Positions 35,991 through 49,172 of a DNA stretch of 64,000 nt are shown here, piece after piece. A program made the position numbers and the translations under genes. Within the stretch, counting starts at the first letter, position 1. Each line of letters starts with the position of its first letter. Under the pieces are notes generated by a model. It saw only the letters and a list, made by a program, of their open reading frames with translations, searched no databases and had not been told where the DNA came from. Source of the DNA: Azolla caroliniana (taxonomy: Eukaryota; Plantae; Polypodiophyta); assembly GCA_043228905.1 (NCBI GenBank), contig JBHGNT010000010.1, forward strand, positions 18,910,001 through 18,974,000. The letters run 5' to 3'.

Positions 35991-37239
35991 GGTTAGTCAA
36001 TAATAAAAGTATTTGGTACTCTTTAAAAGGAGCCTTCTTCTTCTACCACTGGTACTTCTATTTTTGCCTCTCTATTTGTATTTCATCAATAGCGTTTGGA
36101 ATTGGAATATTTCACATATACTTGTACATAATACGTACACCTTCTGGATGATAAAAAGAGAGAATCGATGCTTTTTTTCTTGAGACAGAATACCCTTTTA
36201 CTCTAATGCGTTTGTGTTGAATCAATCCACTTTCTCGATGCTCTTTTTGGTTGAATCAAAGTACTAATGTTCTTTTAATCCCTTTTTACAGAATCAATCT
36301 ACTTTGTTGATGCTCTTTCATGTGGAACGGATCAATCAAATCTCCTGTTTCCTTCGATTCTAATGCTTTTTTCCCCCTTAATATTTGAATCCTCTTGTGC
36401 AGTAGTTTTCTTGAATGCATAAAATCAGATTAAATCCCATTTGGCAACAACGGAGGAGAAATAGAGGATTGGAGAACTTCCCCACCCACCCAAAAAATGA
36501 GATGGTTTTTCAATATGTATCTTCAAAAGGGTGGATGAATGATCAATGAAGGATTAAGAGACCCATGGAAGTATGGATTGATTTGAGTAAAAAACAGAGA
36601 GGTATATCTTTTTGAAGCTTTTCCATTAGAGGACCTTATGGATTGAAGATTGTGAGGAACAGGGGCAAGCAGAGAGGAACGCATTGTATGCAAGAAACCA
36701 AGAGACCATTCAAACCAAAAACAAAGAAGGATTTTAGAATTCATTTAAGAGTCCAAAAACAAAAAGACTAGTCAAAATCTCTTTTCTAGGCCTTTCTTTA
36801 GCGATACCACTGTCCCTGAGCCAAGGTTTTCAGCATGTGGTCTCCATCTAGGAATCGGCAACGGCTCGGCTCAAGCCTAAACCAAGCCGTTAAACCGGTT
36901 AAGGCCATTGTGATATGGGACCACTATCTAAGCCATGTGATTGATCAATGCTAGATTTATTTAGTGTCCACATTTCATCCTTCCATTCCATGCAATCGAT
37001 CGCTTTCCTATCACACATGTTATCGATCATATTGGTTTTTATATTTGCATTATAGATATGAGCCAATGTATGTATACTGATAACATCTTGGGGGGGGGGG
37101 GCATGTGATCGGTATCTCCATTGGCATCAAGTACACATGTGAGGATGAAATATAATTCTGTGGTCCTCTAGAATTTGCATGCACGCACATTGATATGAGA
37201 AATTTCATCTTTACCCAAACTCGACAAAAAAAGCTTTAT

Positions 37240-37627
37240 ACTTTGAGATTAAAAAATAGTTTGACATTTGCATAACTTGCACTCAAACTTGACAACTTAG
37301 CTCCAAGAGAACAGTGTGCATGTGGTCTTGGGTGAATTGATAATCAATGACATAATAATGAAATTCCACAAGAGTATTTTGAGATTAAAAAATAGTTTGA
37401 CATCTGCATAACTTGCACCCAAACTCGACAACTCAGCTCCAAGAGAACAATTTGAATCTGGTTGTAGGTGAATTGATAATCAATGACATAATAATGAAAT
37501 TCCACAAGAGCATTATATTTTGAGATTAAAAAATAGTTTGACATTTGCATAACTTGCACCCAAACTTGACAACTCATCTCCAAGAGAACACTGTGAATGT
37601 AGTCTTGGGTGAACTGATAATCAATGT
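37240..37627. repeat. ~138-bp tandem repeat, 3 units, upstream of ABCG
   Basis: tttgagattaaaaaatagtttgacat(t/c)tgcataacttgcac...ctccaagagaaca...gtgaa(t/c)tgataatcaatg at ~37241, 37378 and 37519. Confidence 0.92.
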
Positions 37628-38905
37628 TCAAACAATGTTTAAGTTCCCCTTTTCAAAGCTTTAGAACCCCTTGTTTATAGACTGCTAACCATTTCCTTTG
37701 TTTCTTGTTTTCTTTCATACCTACACACTTCTTTCATTTTCTCCTTGCCTTTTTAGACAAAACCTAGTATTTGGCCCAAGAGATCAATAAGCAAACACAT
37801 AAACATCTTCCTATGAGGCTTTTATATGCCAATGATATAAATATTATTCTTCTATAAAGTAATCAACTTTAAATTCTTTGAGTTCCAAGCATATTCGGGT
37901 TTGTTTAACGCTCCTACATTGGAACAAAGATGTGAGTTATCACCAAGCAATGACCTTGTATGGTGTATATATGTATAGATTGATCCAATGTGTATGAAGT
38001 GACATTATTATCTTGGGTTGGCCAAAAAATAAACAATGTTTCACATGGGTCTACCATCCACCATAACACAATTTGACAAAAGTGGTAGTCAAAAGACATG
38101 CATGCCAACATCTAACTTCTCTCATTTTCCTTCTTTTGGTGATTACATGGCCCTTTCTCTTTCTTTCATTGACAATTTTTGCATGGATTCTTATATTTGA
38201 AGAATTCATAAAGTCCACACACATTTGATGTAACGTGGCAATGTAAGAAACAGTAATGAACGTTTAGATGGATGAGTATGCATATGTTTCTAGTTCGGAC
38301 TTTGCCTTTTCCAAACTTTTAGTTGTTCAACAAGGGGGTGAATAAGTCATTGTTTCCATCATGTGGACAAACTTTTTATAATGATTGTCCAAACTTCACC
38401 ATTGCACATTACTAGAATTTGGAACTTTTATTGTTAAATTAATGAATGGACCATGGTCCACATACATACAACTGTTTGGAGTTTATTAATATATCTAACG
38501 ATGAAGAGTCAACATAATCAATCTCTCTCAATCTTTGGCATGCTTTCTTAGTAGGAACTTTGATGCGCTAAAAGTAATGTTGATAATGAACCAATTATAG
38601 ATGCAAATAATATTTCTAGCGCAGATATTTCACAAATGAAGGCAAACCTACTCTCATGCGAACATGGAGATGATACAAATGTTGCATTTCCCATCTTGCC
38701 ACACAATATGATAGCCTCCTTCATGTATGTGTTTGCCTAGCTTGCCTTGCCTTTCCCAATTGGAGCTCTATCAATAGTTACAAGAACTATTCCACATGCT
38801 AAAGTTAATATAGATGAGAGAAACTCTATAATTTGGCACTATCTAAAGATTGGTCGTTGTATAAACATGAAGCTAGCATGAAAGCTCGTTGGCTACATGT
38901 ACAAA

Positions 38906-38959
<54 letters not shown>

Positions 38960-39571
38960 ATTATTTTCAGTTCTGATGATTGGATAAAAACCCCATTTTG
39001 TTGTACACCAATGGTCTCATGGGCCAATTTTGGCCTTAGAAGACGTTACTATTTCTTTCTTTCTTTTCTCTCTCATTTATGTATCTATATAATATGCATA
39101 TGGATTTGATTTGATTGGGCTCTATCTGAAGATTGATGATTATATAAACATGAATCTCGCATGAAAGCTCGCATTGTGCACAGTGCACACACATACTAAA
39201 GTTCATAATTTATATATCTATATAATATGCATTTGTGCATATGGATTCTATTTAATTTCTAAAGAGTTTTGACTATTTATCAGTAGAGTTATAAGTCTCC
39301 TCCCAAATTATGTAAGAATACATTTTTTGTTTATTCAATACATTTTCCACATTAGTTAGAAATAAAAAACAATTACGAATATAAAGTCAAACATGGAAGT
39401 CTGCTCACAATTCCAAGCATAAAGATTGATATGTCTCACGTTTCATTGGAAGAGGTACCAAAACATGTTCAACCAAAAACCCTCCTAAATTTTCTATGAG
39501 GCACTTGCTCAAATATCAATCTTTCATTATAAAAATTAGAGTGAGTGCAAGCTCTCATATTGATTTAAATC

Positions 39572-39915
39572 AGCAACTCCTCTTAGATACCATTTAATTT
39601 AAATTTTAGATCATTCCTATAATATATTATGAAGTTGCAAGGTAGGTATGTTGCTTCGCTAATCAAATAAAAAGCACTTGTTTCCTTAATAAAATATTGT
39701 TGTTCTTAATCAAAAAACAAAATAAATGTATTTTGAAGTTATGTCGGCAACTCCTCTTAGATACCATTAAATTTACAATTTAGAACATTCATTTAATACG
39801 TTATGGAGTTGCAAGGTAGGTATGTTGCTTTGCTAATCAAATAGAAAACGTTTCATTTCCTTAGTAAAATATTTTGTTCTTAATTAAAAAACAAAATAAA
39901 TGTATTTTGAAGTTA
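39572..39915. repeat. ~175-bp tandem duplication, 2 units
   Basis: gcaactcctcttagataccatt...gttgcaaggtaggtatgttgctt...aaaataaatgtattttgaagtta occurs at ~39573 and ~39747. Confidence 0.9.
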
Positions 39916-41159
39916 AAATATCTTCAACGTATATATGATACAATAAAGGAGTTGACACTAACTTAGTTTGGTGTTTTGTCTATTTTGTACCGCCAATTCC
40001 TTGTCTTTCTTGAAGTAGTTAATCACTCCACATATTTAAATTTCATTAATAACAGTCTTCCCCATTGAATGACGCGAACTACAAATGAACATGGGGGAAT
40101 GGACATTGAACATTATATAAAGGAATCCCAACATGGTTTCTCCATTTCATAACACAATTAAACATTATCCCAACTTGGAATAGGTAACACAATTGTCATG
40201 GCGAAAGCCTAGACCTCACCGCAAGGTGTCTCAAGACTTCAACCTTCTGACATCATGTGTTCTATGAGGGTACCCTAAGTTATATTTTGTAAATATTAGT
40301 GGTCTACCCTAAGATCTATGTTATGTGTGCATAACAATTATATTAAACACCAAGATGTACTACAACAAGACTTGATATTGGAACAATAATATTGTTAGAG
40401 GTCATTCATCCCTTTGTGGTTAACTTACGAAAAGTTGAGCTGAAAAAGCTAATGGATGACCTATGGTGCCTCAACCAAGATTGAGCCGAAAGTACGAAAA
40501 TTGAAATGTGTGGCCAAGAGAGGAAAGTTCTGCTGACTATAAAAGGAGCAAGGAGAGGAAAATTTTGATCCAAAAAGATAGAAGAGGCAGAAAGGAAGAT
40601 TCAAAGGTCCCATTTACCTTTGCAAGTTAAACCTTTTGTGGAACACTTCATAGAGAGAAAGTAGCCAAAGTTGGATTTTGACTAGTTAAAGAAAACTAGG
40701 GAAGGGAAGAGTGATCATAAGTGTAAGCTCAATTGGTTAAAGTTTACCAAAAAAGGTTAGGAATGAAGACATAAGGACCTATTTAGGCGTCTCTCTTCCC
40801 GTTAAAGAACAAGGATCATTCATTCTTTTCGGGAGATTTAAGTCATTGAAGTTATGAGATGACTCGCTTTATAGCTCTTATGTTAATCTATTTTGGGTCC
40901 CAATAAGTTGTTTGTGTTGCAAACAAATGTTGATTATTTGATAAGGTTTTGCTTCAAGATGGGAATATATTGCACTCAAAAGTCAAATAAAACAAAATAA
41001 ATAAATAAGAGTCTAAGTAGGATCTAAGCTATTTGCAATTATCTACGCTTTCAAACTATAACTTTGTTTATATCGTGATATGTCTACTGAATCTTCATTT
41101 GACCATGAAAGTATCGAGTGGTTTGTTAATCAAATAGGTTTCAACATTCCATAAGGCTT

Positions 41160-41530
41160 ATTGGGTTGCAATCCATGAGCTTGATTACATGTTGCATTAC
41201 TAAATGGGCTAATGTGTCGTGAATCATGATGAATGACATAGTTATAAACCCAAAGAAAATGCTTTGTTGTCTACCCGATAGTATGATGCTGAATACACTA
41301 AATGTGGCACATTGCACAATGCTGAGGCAATCCCATTTGCATCAAATGTAGGTTGATTAATATAACCATATTTCATTCTGCCTTGTTTACAAATGAAGAT
41401 AAGTGAATAATATTTATCATTAGAAATGAGTTTTTTCATTATGGAGGACAAGTTTGTATCCCGAGAAACCTTGACACTAGGAAGCATCTCCTCCATCAGT
41501 AGCATTACAGAGTAAGTCCCAAGCATCTTG
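41160..41530 (+). pseudogene. Possible highly decayed PLS-PPR fragment
   Basis: NALLST*...YTKCGTLHNAEAI (S-motif-like) followed by MEDKFVSRETLTLGSISS (P/L junction-like); stops present. Confidence 0.4.
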
Positions 41531-42061
41531 AGGTAGTGACAGATTTATTGGTTGCACTTGTAAAACAATGAGTTCAAGTTTTGAACTAGGAGTCCCATTT
41601 GTCAAGCAAACAAAGCTGCAAACAAACACCTCAAGGTACTGAAAATACAAAAGACATTCGGTAGCTCTAGGAAATCTAACACTATTTCACAAACAAGAGG
41701 TTCAAAAGCATTAGATGCCCATTGTTCAAAAGAAAGATTCATTAAGAGTAACGGTTATCATATATATGTAGTATAGTCGTGCGAAGGAAAGACAAAGCAT
41801 TCAAAACTTGGAATGCCATAAGCCAAATGAATGTCAAAGTTTCCTCATCAGATGAGATGGATGTTATACAGAGTTCATTTATCCTCCAAAGAAGAAGGAT
41901 GGGAAGAAGAGACAATAAAATCCTTGTATACAATAATGGCTTGCATACACATTGTTTTTGTCTTCAATGTATATGTCAAGGGATTAAGAACCAATTAAAA
42001 AATTATCATAAAAATCCAACCAACTCAAATGATTATCACTTCCCTATATATGTTTTGTTTG

Positions 42062-45000
42062 TTATTTATTGTACATCCTTAGGTTTCTATTGTTATGTTG
42101 TTGCAAACTAATAAGCTGGGCATACATTCCCCCTGCTTTACTGATCAGATGGTTATGGCTACCGTGCTCCACAATTTGACCACCTTGCAAGACAGCAATC
42201 GAATCAGCACCACGGATCGTCGAGAGGCGATGCGCAACCACAACGGTTGTTCGCCCTTTCATCAGCCTATCCAATGCTTCTTGAACCACCTTTTCTGACT
42301 CCGCATCTAATGCGCTCGTAGCTTCATCGAGCAACAAAATAGCCGGGTTCTTTAAAACGGCCCTCGCTATGGCAACCCTTTGCTTCTGACCTCCTGAAAG
42401 TTGTGTACCCCGCTCACCAACATCGGTTTTATACCCTTGTGGCAGACCACTGATAAAGCTATGTGCATTCGCAGCTTTTGCTGCCTCAATAACCTCTGCT
42501 TCAGTTGCGTCATCGGCTCCATACTTGATATTCTCGTATATGCTTGTGGCAAAAAGGGCTGGCTCTTGCTGCACAAGAGCAATGTGTTGCCTCAGAGACC
42601 TTAGGTTAAGCTTCCTAATATCCTTTCCATCAACAAAGACTACACCAGCTTGAGGATCATAGAACCTTGCAATGAGAGCAATAACAGAGCTCTTTCCCGA
42701 ACCGCTAGGCCCAACGACTGCAAGGCTGCGCCCTGCATGGACGCGCAAGTTCAAGTCTTGGAATACATTTGCATCTGGCCTTGCCGGATAGCTAAACACA
42801 ATATGCCTAAGCTCAATGGCCCCTTTCACATCTGTGACCACTTCGGCCTCGGGCTCTTCAGGCTCAATTTCCGTTTTTCGATCGATGATAGCAAAGACTG
42901 AGCCTAGGGCTTGTGACCCCTTCACAATATCAGGAGCCATTGCAAGCGTTTCAGCAACTCCAAAAGCAGTCAATATGAGCACCATGAAGGCCTTCATCAC
43001 ATTCCCAAAGTTGGTATCTTGGTTTTTTACTAGTATTGAAGCATACCATAGTGCAAAACCATAGGAACAATACATACAACATTGTGAAACACCATATCCT
43101 ATCCCTGTGAGCTGCCCTCGAAGCCACAGTTGCTTTTTAGGTGCATTCAGTTCTCGTGCAAACAAATCCAAAACTTTCTCTTCCGCACAAAATGCAGCAA
43201 CAGTCCTTATGTTACCGACAGCCTCTCCTGCAACTCGGCTTGCATGATTATATGCCTTTCCAAGGTTTCCCCCAAAGCCTTTCAAGAACAATTGCTACAT
43301 TTAACAGAACAAACATTAGCTGAATACTCTCCGCCAACTTTTACTGCTAAGATAAAATCAAAAAAAGAAAGCTCGGGTATATTTATGAAAATTAATATAC
43401 CTCACCAACTGATGCCCCTATGAGGAGTGGAAATGTTGCGAGTATCACTAACGTGACACGCCATTCCAAGTAGAAAGCAATTGCAAAGGCTGTGACCGTT
43501 AATGCCATGTTCTGCATCAGTGTGGACAATCTATCAGCCACAGCAGCTCTAACTAAAGCTGCATCTGTAGCTAGTTGTGAGGCTAAGAGATTACTATTGT
43601 TCTCATCCAGGTCAAACCATCCTACTTCATTCTGAAGAATAGCTGGAAAGACACACACATATATATAGATAAAAGGTTGATTATCAAAATATTCAAGCAA
43701 AATAATTAGAAGTTGAAACTTAACCCAAAGCTAACTCAACGATCCACAACTCACCTGAGAACATTTTCGCACGGACTCGCACTGTAAGTCGTTCTCCCGT
43801 GAGGGTGAAGAAGTAGTGTTGAAGCACATATATGAACACAGTTACGACAGTTGCAGCAGAGAATATGAATGCTACCTTTCGAACCTCATGTTTCAAGTAT
43901 GCGATATCAGGACTATAGAAAGAAACCAGAACTTGACTTATGGCTAGAGCAAACAGAGGAGTCTCTACGCCTGCCATTATAGCTCCTAGAGTTCCCAAAA
44001 GTGCATAAGGCCATTCAGGTTTGTTTAGCTTAAGCAGCCTCCATAGTGAAGGGGGTGAAAGTGTGTTTCTGCCATATCGATCCTCGAGGTCGACTGGTGG
44101 ATAGAGATCAGATTCACCTGGAAATGAATGTAAACTCGCGGTGCGGAAACTCATATTTTTTGAGTGAGACAAAGAGGAAGTATATGAGTTCCTACAAAAT
44201 TAATTAAGTGGGAATCAGAATGCATTTACAAGGATAGTTTGCCTGATTATACAGATCATAAAGAAAGAGCAAAACACAAATAACACTCCCAGCATGTTGG
44301 GTATTTGCCAGGATACCGCCTACAAAGGGATACATGGTAGCTTAACTCCAGGGATTATCGTAAATACGCCAAAACGACTATGGGTATTTACCATAATACC
44401 CCGTAGTCTTCAAAAACATTTTATGTAGAATGATAAAATGTTTTCACCTGGAAACCTTGCCTGATGATGGGCCCCCATCAGTACCAGCCTTGTTCATAGC
44501 AGTCTCTTGCAATTTCACAAGCGTAAAGTACTCCCCATGCTCCCCCCTTGATATAAGCTCATCGTGAGAACCAAGCTCTACAATTTTGCCAAGTTTTACT
44601 ACTGCAATTGTATCAGCATTGCATATTGTGGAGAGCCGATGAGCAACCACGACAGTTGTCCGGCCTACCATAAGATGGTCTAAGGCCTCTTGTACCAACT
44701 GCTCCGAGGCTGCATCTAAAGCACTAGTAGCCTCATCAAGCAAAAGAATTGATGGGTTTTTCAACATAGCTCTTGCTATTGCAATTCGTTGCTTCTGTCC
44801 CCCTGATAGTTGTACTCCTCTCTCACCAACCTACTAACCAAAAAAGCTAGATATATATGATACACAAAACCCAGTGAATGAGCATTATGTTCCATTATAC
44901 ATATATGCATATATCTCACCTGCGTGTCATAACCATTGGGAAGCTGCTCAATGAAGGTGTGAGCATTTGCAGCTTTTGCAGCCAGATGAACATCGTGCAT

Positions 45001-47442
45001 GTTTGCACCATCTTTACCATAAAGGATATTTTCTAGTATGCTTGTAGCAAACAATGCAGGTTCTTGATTCACTAACCCAATTTGCGCTCTAAGCCACTTC
45101 AGCTGAAGAGTTTTGATGTCATGTCCATCAATCATTACCTTTCCTGTGCGCACGCAGACAGATCTCACTTACACACACACACACACATATATACATAGAG
45201 AGAGAGAGAGAGTCAAATCCATGATCCAAAAATACTGTTCCTTTAAGACCATATACCAGATGTAGGGTCATAGAACCGTTCGATGAGAGAGATCACTGTG
45301 CTTTTTCCAGAGCCACTTGCTCCAACAAGTGCAATAGTCTTTCCTACTGGGATCTTAAGGCTGAAGTTCTGAAAGATAACAACATTTGGCCTCGATGGGT
45401 AACTGAACGTCACATCACATAGTTCAATGTGTCCCTCAACTTGGGAGAGCACCCGACCTTGATTCATATTCACATTGATTGCCGGCTTTCTTTTGATCAT
45501 TTCTAGAATATTATAGCCAGCTGCCTTGCCTTTAACAAAAGATGTTAGATTTGGAGCAGCTTGTCCAAGAGAGCTGGTCAAATGGAAAGGTGAAAGAAAA
45601 CATGAGGATGATTGCAAAAAGAGTGTTGAAAGCAACTTTCAATCTCAATAACCATACTTACAGGCCAGCAATAATCACATTCAAGATTGTAGTGAATGCT
45701 TGGCCACCATTAGTCACCTTATTGATGACTAAGACACTTGAATACCATAGTAACAATGCCCAAGCACCAAAAAGTAGGCCATAAGTGCAACCAACACCCA
45801 AACCCTTGGCCATGCCACCTTTCTTTCCAAGCTTGTAAGATTTTTCCAGAGCTGAGCTATATGCATTTATTATCTTTTTCTCTCCCACAAACGAATAAAC
45901 AGTTCGAACTTGGGTAAACGCCTAGATAAATAAGAGACAATGAGAACACACACAAGGGATCATCCAAATCACTACAAAAGGTATTGGCAACTAAAATATG
46001 ATGCTGTGAATGTTTAACCAGATCTCTTGGTATGCATTCAATGAGCTACATAGAAATATTTGGGATGTAGAGAAATAATAACAGGGTTCAAGATTAACAA
46101 AACTACCTCTTCTGCAACCTTCCCTGCCTCAGCGTAAGCTTTTTGACTCTTTGCAGTTAGGCCAATCATGATTGCAGCATATGTACCTCCTGCTGTTGCC
46201 ATTAGAGGCACAACAGCCAAAGTTACTAGAGTAAGTTGCCACACGGATGAAAAGCCAACAGCAAACCCAGCAACAAATCTGGCCATATAATGCAGATAGT
46301 GACCCATCTGATTACCAGACAATTCAGTTAGAAATCGGTTACAATTCAGCTACATGATTGCACATCAGACTAGACCCCCTACCTTTTCGCTAATGGCATC
46401 TTGTACAAGAGCAGTATCAGTAGAAATGCTGTTCACTATCTCCCCTGTGCTAGTGTCTATGTCAAAGTAGCCTACATCTTGGTTGAGCATTGCCTGGAGA
46501 TATTGGATTCTCATGCGACCCGACTGCCTCTCACCCGTCATCATCCAGCAAGACACCTCTGTAAATTTCAAATATTGTTAACAGCTTACTATCAAGTGTG
46601 CACATAAAATCTTTTCTTGACATATACTCAGCATCGAGTGTACAGATAACAACATCCATTCTTGTGATAAACATCTACATTTACTCATTATGTGATACAT
46701 ATACATATAGCTTGATGAAAAGCGTCGAGGAGAGGCCATATGTAGCATACCTAGCCAGCCAGATCCCATTACAGCAAGTCCCAAGTAGAGGAAATTAAGA
46801 GCATTCTGCAAAGCATTGAGATTGTCAAAATCAGACACAAATTAAATAAAAAAGAATTTGGAAATTTTTTATTTTGGGCAATGGAGAAAGCAAAAAAACC
46901 CTCCCATTTTTTAAGGTGAAAATGGCACTCTAGAAGGATCATATGTCATGAAAATGAAAGAGAAGCATAGTTACTTTAGCTACTTCCTTGGCCATGCCAT
47001 TGGGATCAGTTGCATGAGCTCCGAAAGCATCGATGAGTTTCCCGAAGAAGATGAAGAAGACAGGGATAGCAGCACCATGGACACATGCCCCCAGAGTTCC
47101 TAACAACATCAGCAAGTAATCGAGGCCATCCGCGAACGAGAAAAGCTTATACAAAGAAACACTTGGTTGAGCCTCCGGCTGCTTCTTTCCATTACCATCG
47201 TTATCATCAGTGGCATTATTTAGTACTTCTGTTTTATTGAAGTCCCTCCCATAATCAATCATTTCGAGGGTTTTCTCAGTTATCTCGTCATCGATTACAA
47301 CATGTTCGTTAAACCCAGCTACATCTGACACTGCCCCTGTTTTGTATACCTTACCGCTGTTCTTCCATAGGTTAGTGTGGTTATGTTTCTCTGAGCTGGC
47401 TCCATCGTTGCACGGCAGTAGGAAGTCCACAGATTCAGCCAT
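42062..47442 (-). CDS. ABCB: Full-size ABCB (MDR/P-glycoprotein) transporter, ~1331 aa, 11 exons; ABCB13/14-like by motif recall
   Basis: Exons: 47442-46975, 46805-46751, 46558-46383, 46307-46107, 45921-45662, 45573-45257, 45143-44920, 44830-44448, 44191-43755, 43642-43401, 43294-42062 (GT-AG, in phase). Motifs: [42 protein letters not shown] (twice), [17 protein letters not shown]. Confidence 0.95.
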
Positions 47443-48506
47443 TTCTGAAACGGAGCAGGGAATGGGGAAGGAGGAGGGGGGGGGATATGGAAAGGAAAGC
47501 AGGGAGAGAAGCAATTAGTTGTGGACAGAATGAAGGAAAGGAGGTGGAGAGATGGCCATGGTTGGTTGGTAGCACTTCAAAGGACAAGGAAATTTAGTAG
47601 GAAAACGAAGGATTTGGCAGAAAGAAAGGTGGATCTAAGCCATGTGGGCAGCGACAAGAGGAAGATAATGCAGCATTATCTGACACATAAAGAAAGAGAC
47701 AGAGACAGAGAGACAGAGAAAGAGAGAAAGATGAAGAAGGAGAAGGAGAAGGAGAAGGAGAAGGAGAAGGAGAATAGAAGTCTTTTTCTTTTTGTTGCTG
47801 TCTGTCTATCTATCTATCCCCTGTTTCTCCTTCTTCTTCTTCTTTCTTCTTCTTCTTCTTCTGCTTCTGCTTGTCTTTCTTTTTCTTCTTCTTCCACAGC
47901 TAACACCTTTCACAACTAACATTAAATGCCGCCATCACCACCAACCAACAACCTCTTGTCTGTCATCAAAGCTCCACCATAGCTTCCTTCCTTTCATTGC
48001 CCTTTTTTTCTTTCCTCTGGGAAAGGAGGAAAAACCCACAAAAATGAAAAAAGAAAAAAGAAAAAAGAAAAAAGGGAAGGGGGAACCCGGAAGAAAGGCA
48101 TGCAGTCAGTCTATTCAGTCAATCTTTGTCATGCATTGAGACCACTGTGTTTCTGTGCTCCTTTTTAGCTTTGATTTTATTAATCATCGCCAAACAGAAA
48201 GAAAGACAGAGAGAGTCTCAGTGTCTCAGAGGTCTCCAGCTCAAATCCGAGCTCAACACTCTGTTTCTTTGCAAGCAACAACACCACATGCATACATACA
48301 TTACATACATACATTACATACATGCATTCATACACCTATGCATGCATGCATGCATGCAATACATACATACTGATACACATTACCTACATACATGATACCT
48401 TCATGCAATACATACACATTCAAACACATGGATACATGCATGCAATACATACATACACACATGCATGCATACATACATACATTATACATAGATCCATACA
48501 TGCATG

Positions 48507-48783
48507 CATAGTATGAACCATTCGTACCAAATGTACATTCGCATTCTCTAAATGTCTCAATCATTCGAGAATGGTACACACCCTCGAAGTATGGTAAATA
48601 CCATACTTTTGTATTCATTATGTATATATTATAAGGTAAATTATTTTTTTTTTAAGTTGAGAGATTTAAGGTAAAAAGTGTAAAAGAAAAAAACATGTTT
48701 TGATAACATACGCATTCTTTTCATCCGTATGAAAAAAGAATGTTTGCCAATGCATTCGAGTATATTACGTAGTACGTACTATG
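48507..48783. mobile_element. Putative hAT-type MITE (277 bp) inserted in a CATG/CATA microsatellite ~1 kb upstream of ABCB
   Basis: Left end CATAGTATGAACCA; right end reverse complement CATAGTACGTACTA. CATGCATG flanks both sides (48499-48506 and 48784-48791). The interior is AT-rich and non-coding. The TSD is weakened by lying in a microsatellite. Confidence 0.6.
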
Positions 48784-49089
48784 CATGCATGCAACACATG
48801 CATACACATACATACCCACATGCAGGCATGCATGCATACATACATATAACTCGCAAGACCTCGAGATTTGCCTCTCGATACACACATACATGCATATAAT
48901 TCACAGGACCTTGAGAATTGCCTATAGAGTCTGGATTCGAACAAAATGATCCCTTTGCCTGTGCGTGCACCCCTCTCATGGGTTGTCTTGCCTTCTTGGA
49001 TTTGTTGAAGCTCTTCTTGCTCACAAGAGCTTGATCACATGTTATCGCAACATCCGAAATCTTGCTCCTCTCATGAACCAACTTGGAAA

Positions 49090-49114
49090 TATAAATAAAT
49101 AAATAAATAAATAA

Positions 49115-49168
<54 letters not shown>
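49090..49168. repeat. (TAAA)n(TA)n compound microsatellite
   Basis: Directly visible. Confidence 0.97.
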
Positions 49169-49172
<4 letters not shown>

